Source: an uncultured Clostridia bacterium
Lineage (GTDB): Bacteria; Bacillota; Clostridia; TANB77; CAG-508
DNA: 64,000 bases
Reading direction: 5' to 3'
NCBI GenBank assembly: GCA_944388605.1
Contig: CALXJJ010000003.1
Location: 3,091-67,090, forward strand
The notes beneath the pieces were generated by a model. That model made no database searches. It was not told where the DNA came from and saw nothing but the letters and a program-made list of their open reading frames with translations. The position numbers and the translations under genes are program-made. Of the stretch, positions 11,265-22,253 are shown one piece after another; the first letter of the stretch is position 1, and each line of letters starts with the position of its first letter.

Positions 11265-11442
11265 TTTAATCTCCTTTCTAACTAATGTTTTTGCACTAGT
11301 TTATTTTAGATTTTCTTTTTATTACTAGACTAATTTTAATTAATACTAGGTGAACAAATAAAATTTTCGACATAGTACCAGTTGTACATTGAAACAATTT
11401 TTATTGAGTTCTAATAACACAGTACTAAGTTTTTCATTAAAA

Positions 11443-11982
11443 TTATTTCTTACCTGCTTTACCTTCTTTACGTCTAATATGCTCTTCAGCATATTTAATA
11501 CCTTTACCTCTATAAACTTCAGGTGGTCTTTTAGTTCTTACAACAGCTGCTGTTTGACCAACAACTTCTTTATCAATTCCTCTTACTGTAATATGGTTAG
11601 CATCTGGAACATCAAAAGTAATTCCTGCAGGTGGATCCATTTCAACTGGATGAGAATATCCTAAATTCATTACCAATTTATTTCCTTTTTTCTGTGCTCT
11701 ATACCCAACTCCATTTATTTCTAAATCTCTTTTATATTCATTAAGAACTCCTTCAATCATATTATTTATTAAAGTTCTTGTTAGTCCATGTAAACTTTTA
11801 TTAAAAGGCTCATCATCAGGTCTTATTACAGTTATAGTTTTATCTTTTAATGAAACATTCATATTTTTGTGTAAATCTTTTTCTAAAGTTCCTTTTGGTC
11901 CTTTAACTGTAATATGATTACCATCTATTTTAACATCAACACCATCTGGCACTGTAATAGGCTTGTTTCCTATTCTTGACAT
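11443..11982 (-). CDS. rplF: 50S ribosomal protein L6
   Basis: 179 aa; MSRIGNKPITVPDGVDVKIDGNHITVKGPKG. Confidence 0.95.
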   Translation of the reverse strand: MSRIGNKPITVPDGVDVKIDGNHITVKGPKGTLEKDLHKNMNVSLKDKTITVIRPDDEPFNKSLHGLTRTLINNMIEGVLNEYKRDLEINGVGYRAQKKGNKLVMNLGYSHPVEMDPPAGITFDVPDANHITVRGIDKEVVGQTAAVVRTKRPPEVYRGKGIKYAEEHIRRKEGKAGKK

Positions 11983-12081
11983 AATTTTTCCCTCCTTTTT
12001 ATTTATTAAAATCTATATATCATTTATTTTATTCAAATACATTATATCTTTCAACATAATATCAAATTGGTTTATTATTTA

Positions 12082-12480
12082 TTACCAAACATAAGCTAAT
12101 ACTTCTCCACCTAAATTAGCTTCTCTTGCTTCTTTATCAGTTTTTAGCCCTTTAGATGTTGATACTATAGCAATTCCTAATCCATTTAATACTTTTGGTA
12201 ATTCATCTTTTGATGCATACACTCTTAAACCTGGTTTACTAATTCTTTTTATTCCAGAAATAACTCTTGCACCTTTATCATCATATTTTAAACTAATTCT
12301 TATAATACCTTGATTTTCATTTTTTATTTCTTCATAAGCTCTAATATATCCTTCTTTAAATAATATTTCAGCAATTGCTTTTTTCATATTAGATGCTGGT
12401 ACATCTACTGTTTTATGCTTAGAGCTGTTTGCATTTCTTATTCTTGTTAGCATATCTGCAATAGGATCTGTTATGTTCAA
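12082..12480 (-). CDS. rpsH: 30S ribosomal protein S8
   Basis: 132 aa; [13 protein letters not shown]. Confidence 0.95.
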   Translation of the reverse strand: MNITDPIADMLTRIRNANSSKHKTVDVPASNMKKAIAEILFKEGYIRAYEEIKNENQGIIRISLKYDDKGARVISGIKRISKPGLRVYASKDELPKVLNGLGIAIVSTSKGLKTDKEAREANLGGEVLAYVW

Positions 12481-12516
12481 ACTAATTCCCTCCTTTATGA
12501 TTTTCTATAGTTTATA

Positions 12517-12702
12517 TTACCAACTTGCTTTCTTAACACCAGGAATCTCACCTTTATGTGCTAACTCTCTAAAACAAACACGGCAAATTCCATATTTTCT
12601 TATATAAGCATGTGGTCTACCACAAATTTTACATCTATTATATTCTCTTGTTTTGTACTTTTGTGGTCTTGCTTGTTTTACTTTTAATGATTTTTTAGCC
12701 AT
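12517..12702 (-). CDS. rpsZ: 30S ribosomal protein S14 type Z (zinc-binding, 61 aa)
   Basis: [61 protein letters not shown]. An AAGGAG RBS lies 7 nt upstream of this ATG. Confidence 0.9.
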   Translation of the reverse strand: MAKKSLKVKQARPQKYKTREYNRCKICGRPHAYIRKYGICRVCFRELAHKGEIPGVKKASW

Positions 12703-12875
12703 TTTTTTCTCCTTTCTCAATTTTTATCTTATATCAAATTACTATTTCACTATAATTATCTTTAAATTAATCAAAAGCGAGTATTGCTAGGAAATCTAGC
12801 AAAAAAGTTTGAAATAATACTTTGTGTATATTGAGAACTTTTTTGTGACTTGACAATGCAAGACGAAGCTTTTCA

Positions 12876-13415
12876 TTAATTTTTAAATGGCATTCCTAAT
12901 AGAGTAAGTAATTCTTTAGCTTCTTCATCTGTCTTTGCTGTTGTCACAAATATAATATCCATTCCTCTTATTTTATCTATTTTATCATATTCAATTTCTG
13001 GGAATATTAACTGCTCTTTAATACCCATTGAATAGTTTCCTCTTCCATCAAAAGAATTAACTGATACTCCTCTAAAATCTCTCACTCTTGGAAGTGCTAC
13101 ATTGAATAGTTTATATGCAAAATCATACATTTTTCCTTTTCTTAATGTTACTTTACATCCAATATTAACACCTTCTCTTAATTTGAATGCTGCTATAGCC
13201 TTTTTAGACTTTGTAATAACTGGTTTTTGTCCTGTTATTATTTTTAAATCATTTACAGCATTATCTAGTGATTTTGGATTGTCTTTAATATCTCCTAATC
13301 CTATATTTATAACTATTTTTTCTAATTTAGGAGCCTCCATCACAGATTTATATCCAAACTTTTTCATTAAAGCTGGAAGTACTTCTTTTTCATATTGCTC
13401 TTTTAGTATTTCCAT
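12876..13415 (-). CDS. rplE: 50S ribosomal protein L5
   Basis: 179 aa. Confidence 0.95.
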   Translation of the reverse strand: MEILKEQYEKEVLPALMKKFGYKSVMEAPKLEKIVINIGLGDIKDNPKSLDNAVNDLKIITGQKPVITKSKKAIAAFKLREGVNIGCKVTLRKGKMYDFAYKLFNVALPRVRDFRGVSVNSFDGRGNYSMGIKEQLIFPEIEYDKIDKIRGMDIIFVTTAKTDEEAKELLTLLGMPFKN

Positions 13416-13448
13416 AAGTCTAAATAGACCTCCTTTCTTTTATTACTC

Positions 13449-13760
13449 TTATTTGATTTTTGTATTACATTTTTTACATACACGAATTTTCTCATCTTTT
13501 TCTATGCTAAATCCTATTCTTGTAGGTTTACCACATTTAGGGCATATAACAGCTACTTTACTTATATGTATAGGACATTCTGATGGTATAATTCCTGCTT
13601 GTTCACCTTGTTTTCTTTGTTTCACATGTTTCTTTCTTACATTTACACCTTTAACGATTATCTTTTCTGATTTAGGTATAACCTGTAAAACTTCTCCTGT
13701 TTTACCTTTGTCATTCCCTGATAAAATCATTACATTATCGCCTTTTTTTACCTTTAACAT
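13449..13760 (-). CDS. rplX: 50S ribosomal protein L24
   Basis: 103 aa; KOW domain (MLKVKKGDNVMILSGNDKGKTGEV). Confidence 0.95.
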   Translation of the reverse strand: MLKVKKGDNVMILSGNDKGKTGEVLQVIPKSEKIIVKGVNVRKKHVKQRKQGEQAGIIPSECPIHISKVAVICPKCGKPTRIGFSIEKDEKIRVCKKCNTKIK

Positions 13761-13791
13761 TTATTTTTCGCCTCCTCTAGGTTTTAACATT

Positions 13792-14160
13792 TTATAAAAC
13801 TTCTGGTGCTAGAGAAAGTATTTTCATATAATCCTTATCTCTTAGCTCTCTTGCAACTGGTCCAAATATACGTGTGCCTCTTGGGTTTCCATCTTCTTTT
13901 ATAATAACAGCTGCATTTTCATCAAATCTAACATAAGAACCATCAGCTCTTCTTGTTGGTTTCTTTGTCCTAACAACAACGGCTTTTACTACGTCTCCTT
14001 TTTTTACAACTCCTCCTGGTGTTGCAGTCTTAACAGAAGCTACTATAATGTCACCGATTCTAGCATATTTTCTATATGAACCGCCTAAACATCTAATACA
14101 CATAATTTCTTTTGCTCCAGTGTTATCGGCTACTTTTAATATAGTTTGTTGCTGTACCAT
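13792..14160 (-). CDS. rplN: 50S ribosomal protein L14
   Basis: 122 aa; [23 protein letters not shown]. Confidence 0.95.
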   Translation of the reverse strand: MVQQQTILKVADNTGAKEIMCIRCLGGSYRKYARIGDIIVASVKTATPGGVVKKGDVVKAVVVRTKKPTRRADGSYVRFDENAAVIIKEDGNPRGTRIFGPVARELRDKDYMKILSLAPEVL

Positions 14161-14189
14161 TTTACGATTCCTCCTTTTTACATTGCTAT

Positions 14190-14453
14190 TTATTTAATAA
14201 CTGCCTTTTCTAAGATTTCAACTATTCTCCATCTTTTATCTTTTGACAAAGGTCTTGTTTCCATAACTTTAACCTTATCTCCAGTATGGCATTCATTCTT
14301 TTCGTCATGAGCTTTTAATTTATATGTTTTTTTCTGAATTTTTCCATAAGTTTTATTCATTTCGCTTGTTTCAACAGCTACTACTACTGTTTTATCCATT
14401 TTATCAGAAATAACTGTACCAATCATGACTTTACGAAGATTTCTTTCTTCCAT
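14190..14453 (-). CDS. rpsQ: 30S ribosomal protein S17
   Basis: 87 aa. Confidence 0.95.
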   Translation of the reverse strand: MEERNLRKVMIGTVISDKMDKTVVVAVETSEMNKTYGKIQKKTYKLKAHDEKNECHTGDKVKVMETRPLSKDKRWRIVEILEKAVIK

Positions 14454-14471
14454 TAGAGTATCTCCTTTCTA

Positions 14472-14684
14472 TTATTTATTCTCTGCTAATTCTCTTTCTC
14501 TTAAAACTGTATTTATTCTTGCAATGTCTTTTTTCACTTCTTTTATTTTCATAGGATTATTTGAATTTCCTGATTTTAAACTAAATCTTAATTTAAAAAG
14601 TTCTTGTTTCAATTCTCCTAATTCTTTCTCTAAATCTGGTGAAGACATTTCCTTTATTTTATTTATCTTCATCTTTTTCACCAC
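14472..14684 (-). CDS. rpmC: 50S ribosomal protein L29
   Basis: 70 aa. Confidence 0.9.
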   Translation of the reverse strand: MVKKMKINKIKEMSSPDLEKELGELKQELFKLRFSLKSGNSNNPMKIKEVKKDIARINTVLRERELAENK

Positions 14685-15102
14685 CTACTTCAGTTTCCTT
14701 CTTTACAAATTTACATTTTACTGATAATTTGTTAGCTGCAAGTCTTAGTGCTTCTTTTGCTGTTTCTTCTGAAACTCCAGCAATTTCAAACATAACTCTT
14801 CCAGGTTTTACTGGAGCTACCCAATATTCAACAGCACCCTTTCCTTTACCCATACGAGTTCCTATAGGTTTGCTTGTCATTGGCTTATCTGGAAAAATCT
14901 TAATCCAAACTTGACCTCCTCTTTTTATATAACGAGTCATAGCAATACGTGCAGCTTCTATTTGGTTTGATGTTATCAATCCTATTTCTAAAGATTGAAG
15001 ACCAAACTCACCATTTGTTACTTTGTTACCTCTTGTTGCCTTTCCTCTTATTCTACCTTTTTGCAATTTTCTATATTTTGTTCTTTTTGGCATTAATGGC
15101 AT
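14659..15102 (-). CDS. rplP: 50S ribosomal protein L16
   Basis: [17 protein letters not shown]. The start overlaps the rpsC stop (ATGA/TAATG-type coupling), with a GGAGGA RBS 8 nt upstream. Confidence 0.95.
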   Translation of the reverse strand: MPLMPKRTKYRKLQKGRIRGKATRGNKVTNGEFGLQSLEIGLITSNQIEAARIAMTRYIKRGGQVWIKIFPDKPMTSKPIGTRMGKGKGAVEYWVAPVKPGRVMFEIAGVSEETAKEALRLAANKLSVKCKFVKKETEVGGEKDEDK

Positions 15103-15761
15103 TATTTGTCTCCTCCTTCCACTTTCTTTTTAGCTGGAAGAACTTCACCTTTATATATCCAAACTTTAACACCGATTTTTCCGTAAGTAGTATCTGCTTC
15201 TGCAAATCCATAATCGATATCTGCTCTCAATGTTTGAAGTGGTATTGTTCCTTCTTTATAGAATTCTGTTCTAGCCATATCAGCTCCACCTAATCTTCCT
15301 GAAACTGATGTTTTAATTCCTAATGCTCCTGCTTTCATTGTTTTTTGCATGCATTGTTTCATAGCACGTCTAAAAGAGATTCTTCTTTCTAATTGTCCTG
15401 CTATATTCTCAGCTACTAATTGAGCATCTATATCTACATTCTTTACTTCTATAATATTTAGGTTAACCTCTTTACCTATCATTTTCTCTATCTCAGCTTT
15501 TAAGCTTTCAGCAAAATTTCCACCTTTTCCTATTACTAATCCAGGTTTTGCTGTATAAACATTTACCTTAACAAATTTAGCTGTTCTTTCAATTTCAACT
15601 TTTGAAATACCGCTAGTGTATAACTTCTTTTTTACATATTCACGAATTTTATGGTCCTCTATCAAATAATCACTGAAATGCTTTTTATCAGCATACCATT
15701 TTGAGTTCCAATCTTTGATGATACCTACTCTTAATCCATGTGGATCCATTTTTTGTCCCAT
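15102..15761 (-). CDS. rpsC: 30S ribosomal protein S3
   Basis: 219 aa; KH plus S3 C-terminal domains. Confidence 0.95.
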   Translation of the reverse strand: MGQKMDPHGLRVGIIKDWNSKWYADKKHFSDYLIEDHKIREYVKKKLYTSGISKVEIERTAKFVKVNVYTAKPGLVIGKGGNFAESLKAEIEKMIGKEVNLNIIEVKNVDIDAQLVAENIAGQLERRISFRRAMKQCMQKTMKAGALGIKTSVSGRLGGADMARTEFYKEGTIPLQTLRADIDYGFAEADTTYGKIGVKVWIYKGEVLPAKKKVEGGDK

Positions 15762-15781
15762 GTCTTAATCGTCCTCCTTCC

Positions 15782-16117
15782 TTATTCTCTCTCTCCTAAT
15801 ACTATTGTTATATGGCTTGTTCTTTTTCTTATTCTTACTGCAGAACCTTTTGCTGCTGGTCTTATTCTTTTTAAAGTAGGCCCTTGATTAGCATATATTT
15901 GTTCTACATATAATTTAGAATGTTCCATATTATGATTATTTTCAGCATTTGCAATTGCTGATTTTAATAACTTTTCTATAATCTCAGATGAAGCTTTTGG
16001 AGTAAATTTAACTATAGCTAATGCTTCATCAACATTTTTACCTCTTATTAAATCTGCAACTATTTTCACTTTTCTTGATGAAATCCTTGCAAATTTTAGT
16101 GTTGCTTGTGCTTCCAC
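15782..16117 (-). CDS. rplV: 50S ribosomal protein L22
   Basis: 111 aa. Confidence 0.95.
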   Translation of the reverse strand: MEAQATLKFARISSRKVKIVADLIRGKNVDEALAIVKFTPKASSEIIEKLLKSAIANAENNHNMEHSKLYVEQIYANQGPTLKRIRPAAKGSAVRIRKRTSHITIVLGERE

Positions 16118-16166
16118 TTTGTTATCCCTCCTTCTTTAATTTAGGAATTATTTAACTAAAATAATT

Positions 16167-16442
16167 CTAGCTCTTTGTTGTTTTTTCTCCTGCATGACCC
16201 TTAAATGTTCTTGTAGGAGCAAATTCACCTAATTTATGTCCTATCATTTCTTCAGTAATATATACTGGTACATGTTTTCTACCATCATGAACAGCTATTG
16301 TATGACCAACCATTTGAGGATAGATTGTAGAAGCTCTTGACCATGTCTTTAATACTTCTTTATTACCATTTTCATTCATAGCTTCAATTCTTTTTAATAA
16401 TTCTGGTGCTATAAATGGTTTCTTTTTGCTTGATCTTGACAT
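16167..16442 (-). CDS. rpsS: 30S ribosomal protein S19
   Basis: 91 aa. Confidence 0.95.
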   Translation of the reverse strand: MSRSSKKKPFIAPELLKRIEAMNENGNKEVLKTWSRASTIYPQMVGHTIAVHDGRKHVPVYITEEMIGHKLGEFAPTRTFKGHAGEKTTKS

Positions 16443-16456
16443 ATTTTATTTCCTCC

Positions 16457-17284
16457 TTACTTTCTTCTCTTTACTATAAATTTATCAGATTTTTTATTTT
16501 TCTTTCTTGTTTTATATCCAAGTGCTGGTTTGCCCCAAGGTGTCATTGGTCCTGCATGACCGATAGGTGCTCTACCTTCACCACCACCATGTGGGTGATC
16601 TACTGGATTCATTACAGATCCTCTAACTTCTGGACGTTTACCCATATGTCTACTTCTTCCAGCCTTACCTAATTTTATGTTTTCATGATCTTGATTACCA
16701 ACTGTTCCAATTGTTGCTCTGCACACAACCATAATTAATCTCATTTCTCCTGAAGGAAGTCTAATATGTGCATATTTTCCTTCTTTTGCCATTAATTGAG
16801 CTTCCTGACCTGCTGCTCTTACTAATTTACCACCTTGCCCAGGATTTAACTCAATATTATGAATCATTGTACCAACTGGAATATTTTCTATTTTCATACA
16901 ATTTCCTGGTTTTATATCAGCTTTATCACCTGATACAACTTTATCTCCATCTTTCAAACCTAATGGTGCTAAAATATAGCTTAATGTTCCATCTTCATAT
17001 TTTATTAATGCTATATTTGCACTTCTATTTGGATCATATTCTATACCTACAACAGTAGCTACCATATCATCTTTTTTTCTCTTAAAATCAATTATTCTAT
17101 ATTTTTGTCTATTACCTCCACCTTGATGTCTTACAGTAATTCTACCATATGAATTTCTTCCTGAATTTTTCTTTTTTACATCCAATAAAGATTTTTCAGG
17201 TGTCTTTTTTGTTATTTCATCAAATGTAGAAACTGTCATGTTTCTTAATGATGGAGTAATTGGTCTAAATCTTTTTGTTCCCAT
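16457..17284 (-). CDS. rplB: 50S ribosomal protein L2
   Basis: 275 aa; [16 protein letters not shown] and the C-terminal [13 protein letters not shown]. Confidence 0.95.
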   Translation of the reverse strand: MGTKRFRPITPSLRNMTVSTFDEITKKTPEKSLLDVKKKNSGRNSYGRITVRHQGGGNRQKYRIIDFKRKKDDMVATVVGIEYDPNRSANIALIKYEDGTLSYILAPLGLKDGDKVVSGDKADIKPGNCMKIENIPVGTMIHNIELNPGQGGKLVRAAGQEAQLMAKEGKYAHIRLPSGEMRLIMVVCRATIGTVGNQDHENIKLGKAGRSRHMGKRPEVRGSVMNPVDHPHGGGEGRAPIGHAGPMTPWGKPALGYKTRKKNKKSDKFIVKRRK

Positions 17285-17338
17285 TTTTTTCTCTCCTTTA
17301 TAATTTATTTTCCTGGTTTATTTCCAGATAATTTTATT

Positions 17339-17686
17339 TTATGCTCCTATAAATTCATCTATTGAAGTCTTATATTTCTTTTGAGCTTTAACTTGTTTTC
17401 CACCTTTTGTTAAATAAGTACTTTCTCCTACATTAGTATCTATTTTAACAATTGCTTTTTTCCAGTCAGAAGTTTTTCCTACATATCTTCCAACTCTTTT
17501 TTCTTTTCCTTTAACCATCATTGTGTTAACTTTTAATACTTTAACATTAAATAGTTTTTCTACAGCTTTAGCTATATCAACTTTTGTAGCCTTTTTTGCT
17601 ACTTTAAAGGTATACTTTCCTTCCTGAATTTCTTCATTGCTTTTTTCAGTAACAACAGGTTCTATTATAATTTCCTCTGCTATCAT
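17339..17686 (-). CDS. rplW: 50S ribosomal protein L23
   Basis: 115 aa. Confidence 0.9.
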   Translation of the reverse strand: MIAEEIIIEPVVTEKSNEEIQEGKYTFKVAKKATKVDIAKAVEKLFNVKVLKVNTMMVKGKEKRVGRYVGKTSDWKKAIVKIDTNVGESTYLTKGGKQVKAQKKYKTSIDEFIGA

Positions 17687-18309
17687 TATGCGTACACCTC
17701 CTCTAATTTTTTAACTGTATCCATTGTTATAACTAAGTTTTTGTATTTTAATAAATCATATACATTAATAGTATTTACTAAAGTTGTTTTAACTCCTTCA
17801 ATATTTCTTGCTGATTTTTGCACTTTTTCTTCTCTTTCAGGAAGCATTATTAGTGTTTTTCCTTCAGCTTTAATATTTTCTAATATTCTTACCATTTCCT
17901 TAGTTTTAATTTCTTTTAATTGTATATTATCTATAACTATTAATTCATTTTCTAAAACTTTAGAACTCAATAAAGATTTTATTGCTAATCTTTTTTCTTT
18001 TTTATTAACAGTGTACTTATATGAACGTGGTTTTGGTCCTAATGCTATACCACCTTTTATCCATTGTGGTGCTCTTATAGAACCTTGTCTTGCTCTACCA
18101 GTTCCTTTTTGTCTCCATGGTTTTTTTCCTCCACCACGAACTTCTGCTCTTGTCTTTGTACTTTGTGTACCCTGTCTTTGATTTGCTAAATAATTAACTA
18201 ATACACTGTGTACAACTTTTTCATTTGGCTCTATGCCAAATATTTCGTCTTTTAATTCTATGCTTTTTACTTTTTTACCTTCTATATCGTATACATCTAT
18301 TTTTGGCAT
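17686..18309 (-). CDS. rplD: 50S ribosomal protein L4
   Basis: 207 aa. Confidence 0.95.
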   Translation of the reverse strand: MPKIDVYDIEGKKVKSIELKDEIFGIEPNEKVVHSVLVNYLANQRQGTQSTKTRAEVRGGGKKPWRQKGTGRARQGSIRAPQWIKGGIALGPKPRSYKYTVNKKEKRLAIKSLLSSKVLENELIVIDNIQLKEIKTKEMVRILENIKAEGKTLIMLPEREEKVQKSARNIEGVKTTLVNTINVYDLLKYKNLVITMDTVKKLEEVYA

Positions 18310-18323
18310 CTTTTCTTCCCTCC

Positions 18324-18953
18324 TTATGCTTTAACACTTGATTTTATTTTTAAGATAGAACCTTTTGCTCCAGGTACACTACCTTTAACTAAAATTACAT
18401 TTTTATTTAAATCAACTTTTACAACATCCAAATTTTGTATTGTAACTGTTACTCTTCCCATATGACCTGGTAATCTTTTTCCTTTAAATACTCTACCTGG
18501 TGTTGAAGTTGGTCCCATTGATCCTGGTCTTCTATGATACATAGATCCATGTCCCATTGGTCCTCTTGATTGTCCATGACGTTTAATAACGCCTTGGAAT
18601 CCTTTTCCTTTTGATATTCCTTGTATGTCTACTTTATCACCAACTGAAAATACATCGGCTTTTAATTCATCTCCAACTTTTAATTCATTAATATCATCTA
18701 TTCTAAATTCTCTTAAATGTTTTTTTAATGTTAATCCCGCTTTTGTAAAATGACCTTTTTCAGGGTTTGTTAATTTACTTTCTTTAACTTCTCCATATCC
18801 TAATTGTATAGCATTATATCCATCTGTTTCCACAGTTTTTACTTGTGCTATAATACAAGGACCTGCTTCTATAACTGTTACTGGAATAACTTTTCCTGTT
18901 TCATCAAATACTTGAGTCATTCCAATTTTCTTTCCTACTAAAGTTTTATTCAT
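18324..18953 (-). CDS. rplC: 50S ribosomal protein L3
   Basis: 209 aa. Confidence 0.95.
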   Translation of the reverse strand: MNKTLVGKKIGMTQVFDETGKVIPVTVIEAGPCIIAQVKTVETDGYNAIQLGYGEVKESKLTNPEKGHFTKAGLTLKKHLREFRIDDINELKVGDELKADVFSVGDKVDIQGISKGKGFQGVIKRHGQSRGPMGHGSMYHRRPGSMGPTSTPGRVFKGKRLPGHMGRVTVTIQNLDVVKVDLNKNVILVKGSVPGAKGSILKIKSSVKA

Positions 18954-19026
18954 TTTTTCCTCCTAACTATTGGCTGATAAGGTTAAATTTACATGTCTAT
19001 GTACTATCAGCTTAGTTTTAAAAAAA

Positions 19027-19350
19027 CTATAATTTTATTTCTATATCAACACCTGCTGGCAAATCAATTTTCATTAAACTGTCAACTGTTTTTTGTGTTG
19101 GGTATAAGATATCTATAACTCTTTTATGTGTTCTCATTTCAAATTGCTCTCTTGAGTCTTTATCTTTATGTGGAGAACGTAAAATTGTTACTATCTCTTT
19201 TTCTGTTGGTAATGGAATAGGACCTGAAACTTTTGCTCCTGTCTTTTTAGCAGTATCTACTATCATTTCAGCAGACTGTTCTAAAACTCCATGGTCATAA
19301 GCTTTTAATCTTATTCTAATCTTCTCACTTTCTACTTTGTTTGTTTGCAT
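19027..19350 (-). CDS. rpsJ: 30S ribosomal protein S10
   Basis: 107 aa; [21 protein letters not shown]. It is the first gene of the S10 operon. Confidence 0.95.
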   Translation of the reverse strand: MQTNKVESEKIRIRLKAYDHGVLEQSAEMIVDTAKKTGAKVSGPIPLPTEKEIVTILRSPHKDKDSREQFEMRTHKRVIDILYPTQKTVDSLMKIDLPAGVDIEIKL

Positions 19351-19565
19351 TTTGCATTTCCCTCCTTCTATATTTATGGTCGGAAGCTATAAACGCACCC
19401 TGGTGTTTCTTTTTTTACCAATATAAAATCCAAAGTCTGCATGATAACTTTGGGATAAGTGCTTTTTTTATTAAACTTACCGCCTGGTCTAAGCCATAAC
19501 ATACTCCATAGGAGTTCCCTCCAACCTCAGTTGTAGCCACATCCTACTTCATCGCTTTTTTCATG
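19351..19565 (-). promoter_or_regulatory. structured ~215-nt 5' leader of the S10 operon, with a GC-rich hairpin cluster around 19380-19560
   Basis: The region is GC-elevated and contains several hairpins (CCAAAGT...ACTTTGG; GGATGTGGCTACAACTGAGGTTGGAGGGAACTCC on the minus strand). It lies between the consensus promoter and the rpsJ RBS, so it is probably a ribosomal-protein autoregulatory leader. Confidence 0.5.
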
Positions 19566-19572
19566 CTTTTAT

Positions 19573-19601
19573 ATTATACAATGCTTTTAGACTTATGTCA
19601 A
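19573..19601 (-). promoter_or_regulatory. consensus sigma-A promoter for the S10 operon (TTGACA - 17 nt - TATAAT, with TG immediately upstream of the -10)
   Basis: On the minus strand the sequence reads TTGACAtaagtctaaaagcattgTATAAT. Confidence 0.6.
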
Positions 19602-19819
19602 TACAAAAAATAAGAAATTTTCATATTTATATTTACTATCACTGGTTTAATCTATTATATTTTATTTATTATAAAAATAAAATTTATCTCATCTACAAGT
19701 TTTGACATTTTTTTCAAATAGTACATGCTATAATTAAAAAAATAGTTCCATTATACTAACAAATCAATTAACAAATATGAAATAAAATTTATTCTTCATA
19801 CAAAATAGGAGTGATACAT

Positions 19820-19966
19820 ATGAGGATAGAATTATTAATTTTAAAAAACAGAGCAAAACTTGAGCATATGATAAAAATAGGAGCTCCCTATGAAAAAATA
19901 TTAAAACAAAGTCAACTGTTAGATAAATACATAAATGAAAAAATGAAAAGGTTAACTTCAAAATAG
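19820..19966 (+). CDS. Spo0E-like sporulation regulatory phosphatase family small protein (48 aa); not in the supplied ORF track
   Basis: An RBS (TAGGAGTGA) precedes the ATG. The product is MRIELLILKNRAKLEHMIKIGAPYEKILKQSQLLDKYINEKMKRLTSK. It carries the Spo0E-family signature (helical hairpin with SQxLDxxI; compare SQELDxLI in Spo0E). It is transcribed divergently from the S10 promoter. Confidence 0.55.
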   Translation: MRIELLILKNRAKLEHMIKIGAPYEKILKQSQLLDKYINEKMKRLTSK

Positions 19967-20057
19967 TTAGCCTTTTCTAATATATAACATCTATTGAGCA
20001 TAAATTTACTAAACTGATAAATATAAAAGTATAAATTTTAATGCTTTCCCATTTGCT

Positions 20058-21650
20058 CTATTTAATTCTTTCAAATATTGGTTCTATATTTTCAATATCT
20101 TTACATTTTTTTACTTGTATATATTCCCAGCAACATTCTTCTATTTCTAAGAATCTCCTAACTTTTTTAGATGACTCAGGCATAAAAGGTTCATATAAAT
20201 TAGATAAATTAGCAATAAGGTTACAACATGTATATATAGTATTATTAAATTCTTGTATATTCTCTTTTTGCTGTTTCCATGGCTGTTTTTCCTCATAAAA
20301 TTTATTTCCTTCTTCAACTAAATCTCTAATTAATAAAACTGCCTTTTTAAATTCCAAATTTTCAATTGCATTTCCCACATCTTTATATGCTTTTTCTATT
20401 AATTCCTTCATATATTTATTCATAACACCATCAGGTATTTGTTTTAATCCTTTATATTTTAAAGTTCTATTTATGAGATTTCCATATTTATTAACAACTT
20501 CCGCATTACTTATAGCAACAAATTCTTCAATAGAAAAATTACTATCCTTCCTTTCTGGTCCATTTCCTATTAGATAATATCTAATCATATCAGAATTATA
20601 ATTATCTAGCATCTGTCTTATTGTTATACCATTTCCTTTGGATTTAGATATTTTCTCTGAATTTATATTTAAGTATTGTGTTGCGACCATATAATCTGGC
20701 AATTTATAATCTTCTTCCAACGCTAATAATAAAGCTGGTAATATTATAGTATGAAAGGTTATATTGTCTTTTCCATGTGCCATAAAAATCAAATTATTTC
20801 TGTCATTTTTCCAATAATTTTCCCAGTTTAAACCTTTTTCAATACAAATTTTTTGACATGCTGTAATATATCCTAAAACAGCCTCTATCCATACATACAT
20901 TTTTTTGTCTTCAAATCCTTTAATAGGTATATCGATTCCCCATTCAAGATTTCTGGTTACTGCTTTTTCTGGCAAACCTTCTCTTAAATACTTTTCAGTT
21001 TCATTTTGAGAACTAATTCTCCAATTTTTTTTATTTTTTTCAACATATTTTTCAATCTTATTTTGTAATTTTCCCAATGCTAAATATAAATTCATATTTT
21101 CTTTTTGAACTGTTTCACTTCCACATGTCTGACATTTAGCCCCAATTAAGTCTTCTAACTTAGGCTCATATCCACAATCACACATATCTCCTTTAGTTTC
21201 TTTTCCACAAGAAGGACAAGTTAAAATCAGCTCTCTGTCTGCCACAAACTTATTGCAATGTTCGCAAAAAGGTTGTAAATCTTTTTTAGCATAAATATAT
21301 CCATTATCATACATCTTTTTAAACAACTCTTGTACTTTCTTTTTATGAAATTCATCTTCTGTTTTAGTATATAAATCATATGAAAACTGCATGTCATTAA
21401 AGCAATCTGTAAATTCTTTGTGATATGATTCTGATATTTCTTTAGGAGTTTTGTTTTCTTTTTTTGCTCTAATTGTAATAGGAGTACCATGGCAATCCGT
21501 TCCAGAAACATAAAGTACATTATCTCCAATTTGTCTATAATATCTTGCAAGAACATCTCCAGAAATTAATCCTGCTACATGTCCAACATGTAAAGAATTA
21601 TTAGCATAAGGCCATGCTCCTCCTATTAATATATTTCTTTTATTATGCAT
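20058..21650 (-). CDS. metG: methionyl-tRNA synthetase, short form (530 aa, no C-terminal EMAP/tRNA-binding domain)
   Basis: HIGH motif (SLHVGHVAG), KMSKS-type motif (KISKS) and the CxxC...CxxC zinc knuckle of the MetRS connective peptide. Confidence 0.85.
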   Translation of the reverse strand: MHNKRNILIGGAWPYANNSLHVGHVAGLISGDVLARYYRQIGDNVLYVSGTDCHGTPITIRAKKENKTPKEISESYHKEFTDCFNDMQFSYDLYTKTEDEFHKKKVQELFKKMYDNGYIYAKKDLQPFCEHCNKFVADRELILTCPSCGKETKGDMCDCGYEPKLEDLIGAKCQTCGSETVQKENMNLYLALGKLQNKIEKYVEKNKKNWRISSQNETEKYLREGLPEKAVTRNLEWGIDIPIKGFEDKKMYVWIEAVLGYITACQKICIEKGLNWENYWKNDRNNLIFMAHGKDNITFHTIILPALLLALEEDYKLPDYMVATQYLNINSEKISKSKGNGITIRQMLDNYNSDMIRYYLIGNGPERKDSNFSIEEFVAISNAEVVNKYGNLINRTLKYKGLKQIPDGVMNKYMKELIEKAYKDVGNAIENLEFKKAVLLIRDLVEEGNKFYEEKQPWKQQKENIQEFNNTIYTCCNLIANLSNLYEPFMPESSKKVRRFLEIEECCWEYIQVKKCKDIENIEPIFERIK

Positions 21651-21947
21651 TTTTATTCCCCCTTAATTATATATTATTACTTAAATGCAGTGCATTTTTA
21701 ATACACTACTATTTTTATATTTATTCTGTAATTTCTATATCTTACTATATAAAATTTCTCATCCATAAAATAATTCATTCTATTTAATATTATATTCAAT
21801 TATCTTAATTTTTTCAATAAATTTTTAAATTTGGCAAATATATATCACACTTTACTGATAAATATATGCTTTAAAATACCAAACTATAGTTTATAATTTA
21901 ACATAAATTTTTAAATTTGGCAATGCTAGTTGGCAAATTTTTATTAT

Positions 21948-22106
21948 ACAATAGGAAAGTTATCCTTTCCTATTGTATAAAAGTCGCTACGCTCTAACGA
22001 CTGCACACAATTTTACTTGCGTAAAATTGGCTTAGGAACAAATTTACTAAAAAGCCAACGAGAAAATATTAAATTAGTACAAATTTTAAGGCTTTCCGAT
22101 TTGTTC
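21948..22106 (-). repeat. mosaic intergenic repeat/promoter module upstream of metG (X module GAACAAATCGGAAAGCCTTAAAAT plus Y module CTTTCCTATTGTATAAT); other copies at 31216-31272 and 32396-32475
   Basis: The reverse complement of 22081-22106 is identical to 31216-31241. CTTTCCTATTGTATAA(T/A) recurs at all three sites, in sense orientation upstream of metG, asd and dapA. Confidence 0.6.
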
Positions 22107-22207
22107 TTTTATTGGATTGTTTTCTAATCCATAGTATAATTTATTTAATTTACATATCTCCTCCTTCATTCACCCCAAAAATCTGATGTGCAGATAGAGT
22201 AAAGTAT

Positions 22208-22253
22208 AAAGAGTATACCGAAAAGTTTACATAAACTTTTCGGTATACTCTTT
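22208..22253 (-). terminator. perfect 21-bp stem hairpin (probable terminator of the minus-strand small-ORF transcript)
   Basis: AAAGAGTATACCGAAAAGTTT-acat-AAACTTTTCGGTATACTCTTT. Confidence 0.45.

Noticed and set aside
13102-13797. 231-aa plus-strand ORF
   Set aside because: It is antisense to rplE/rplX/rplN, spans three real genes and has no RBS. A shadow ORF in AT-rich DNA.
19764-19961. 65-aa minus-strand ORF
   Set aside because: It overlaps the better-supported plus-strand Spo0E-like ORF, which has an RBS and a family signature. The minus ORF has neither.
21651-22100. Expected T-box leader upstream of metG (and upstream of proS at 26954-27131)
   Set aside because: No GGGUGGNACCGCG core, no specifier-loop/antiterminator architecture was found on the correct strand. 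The proS leader is only ~180 nt. Therefore not called.
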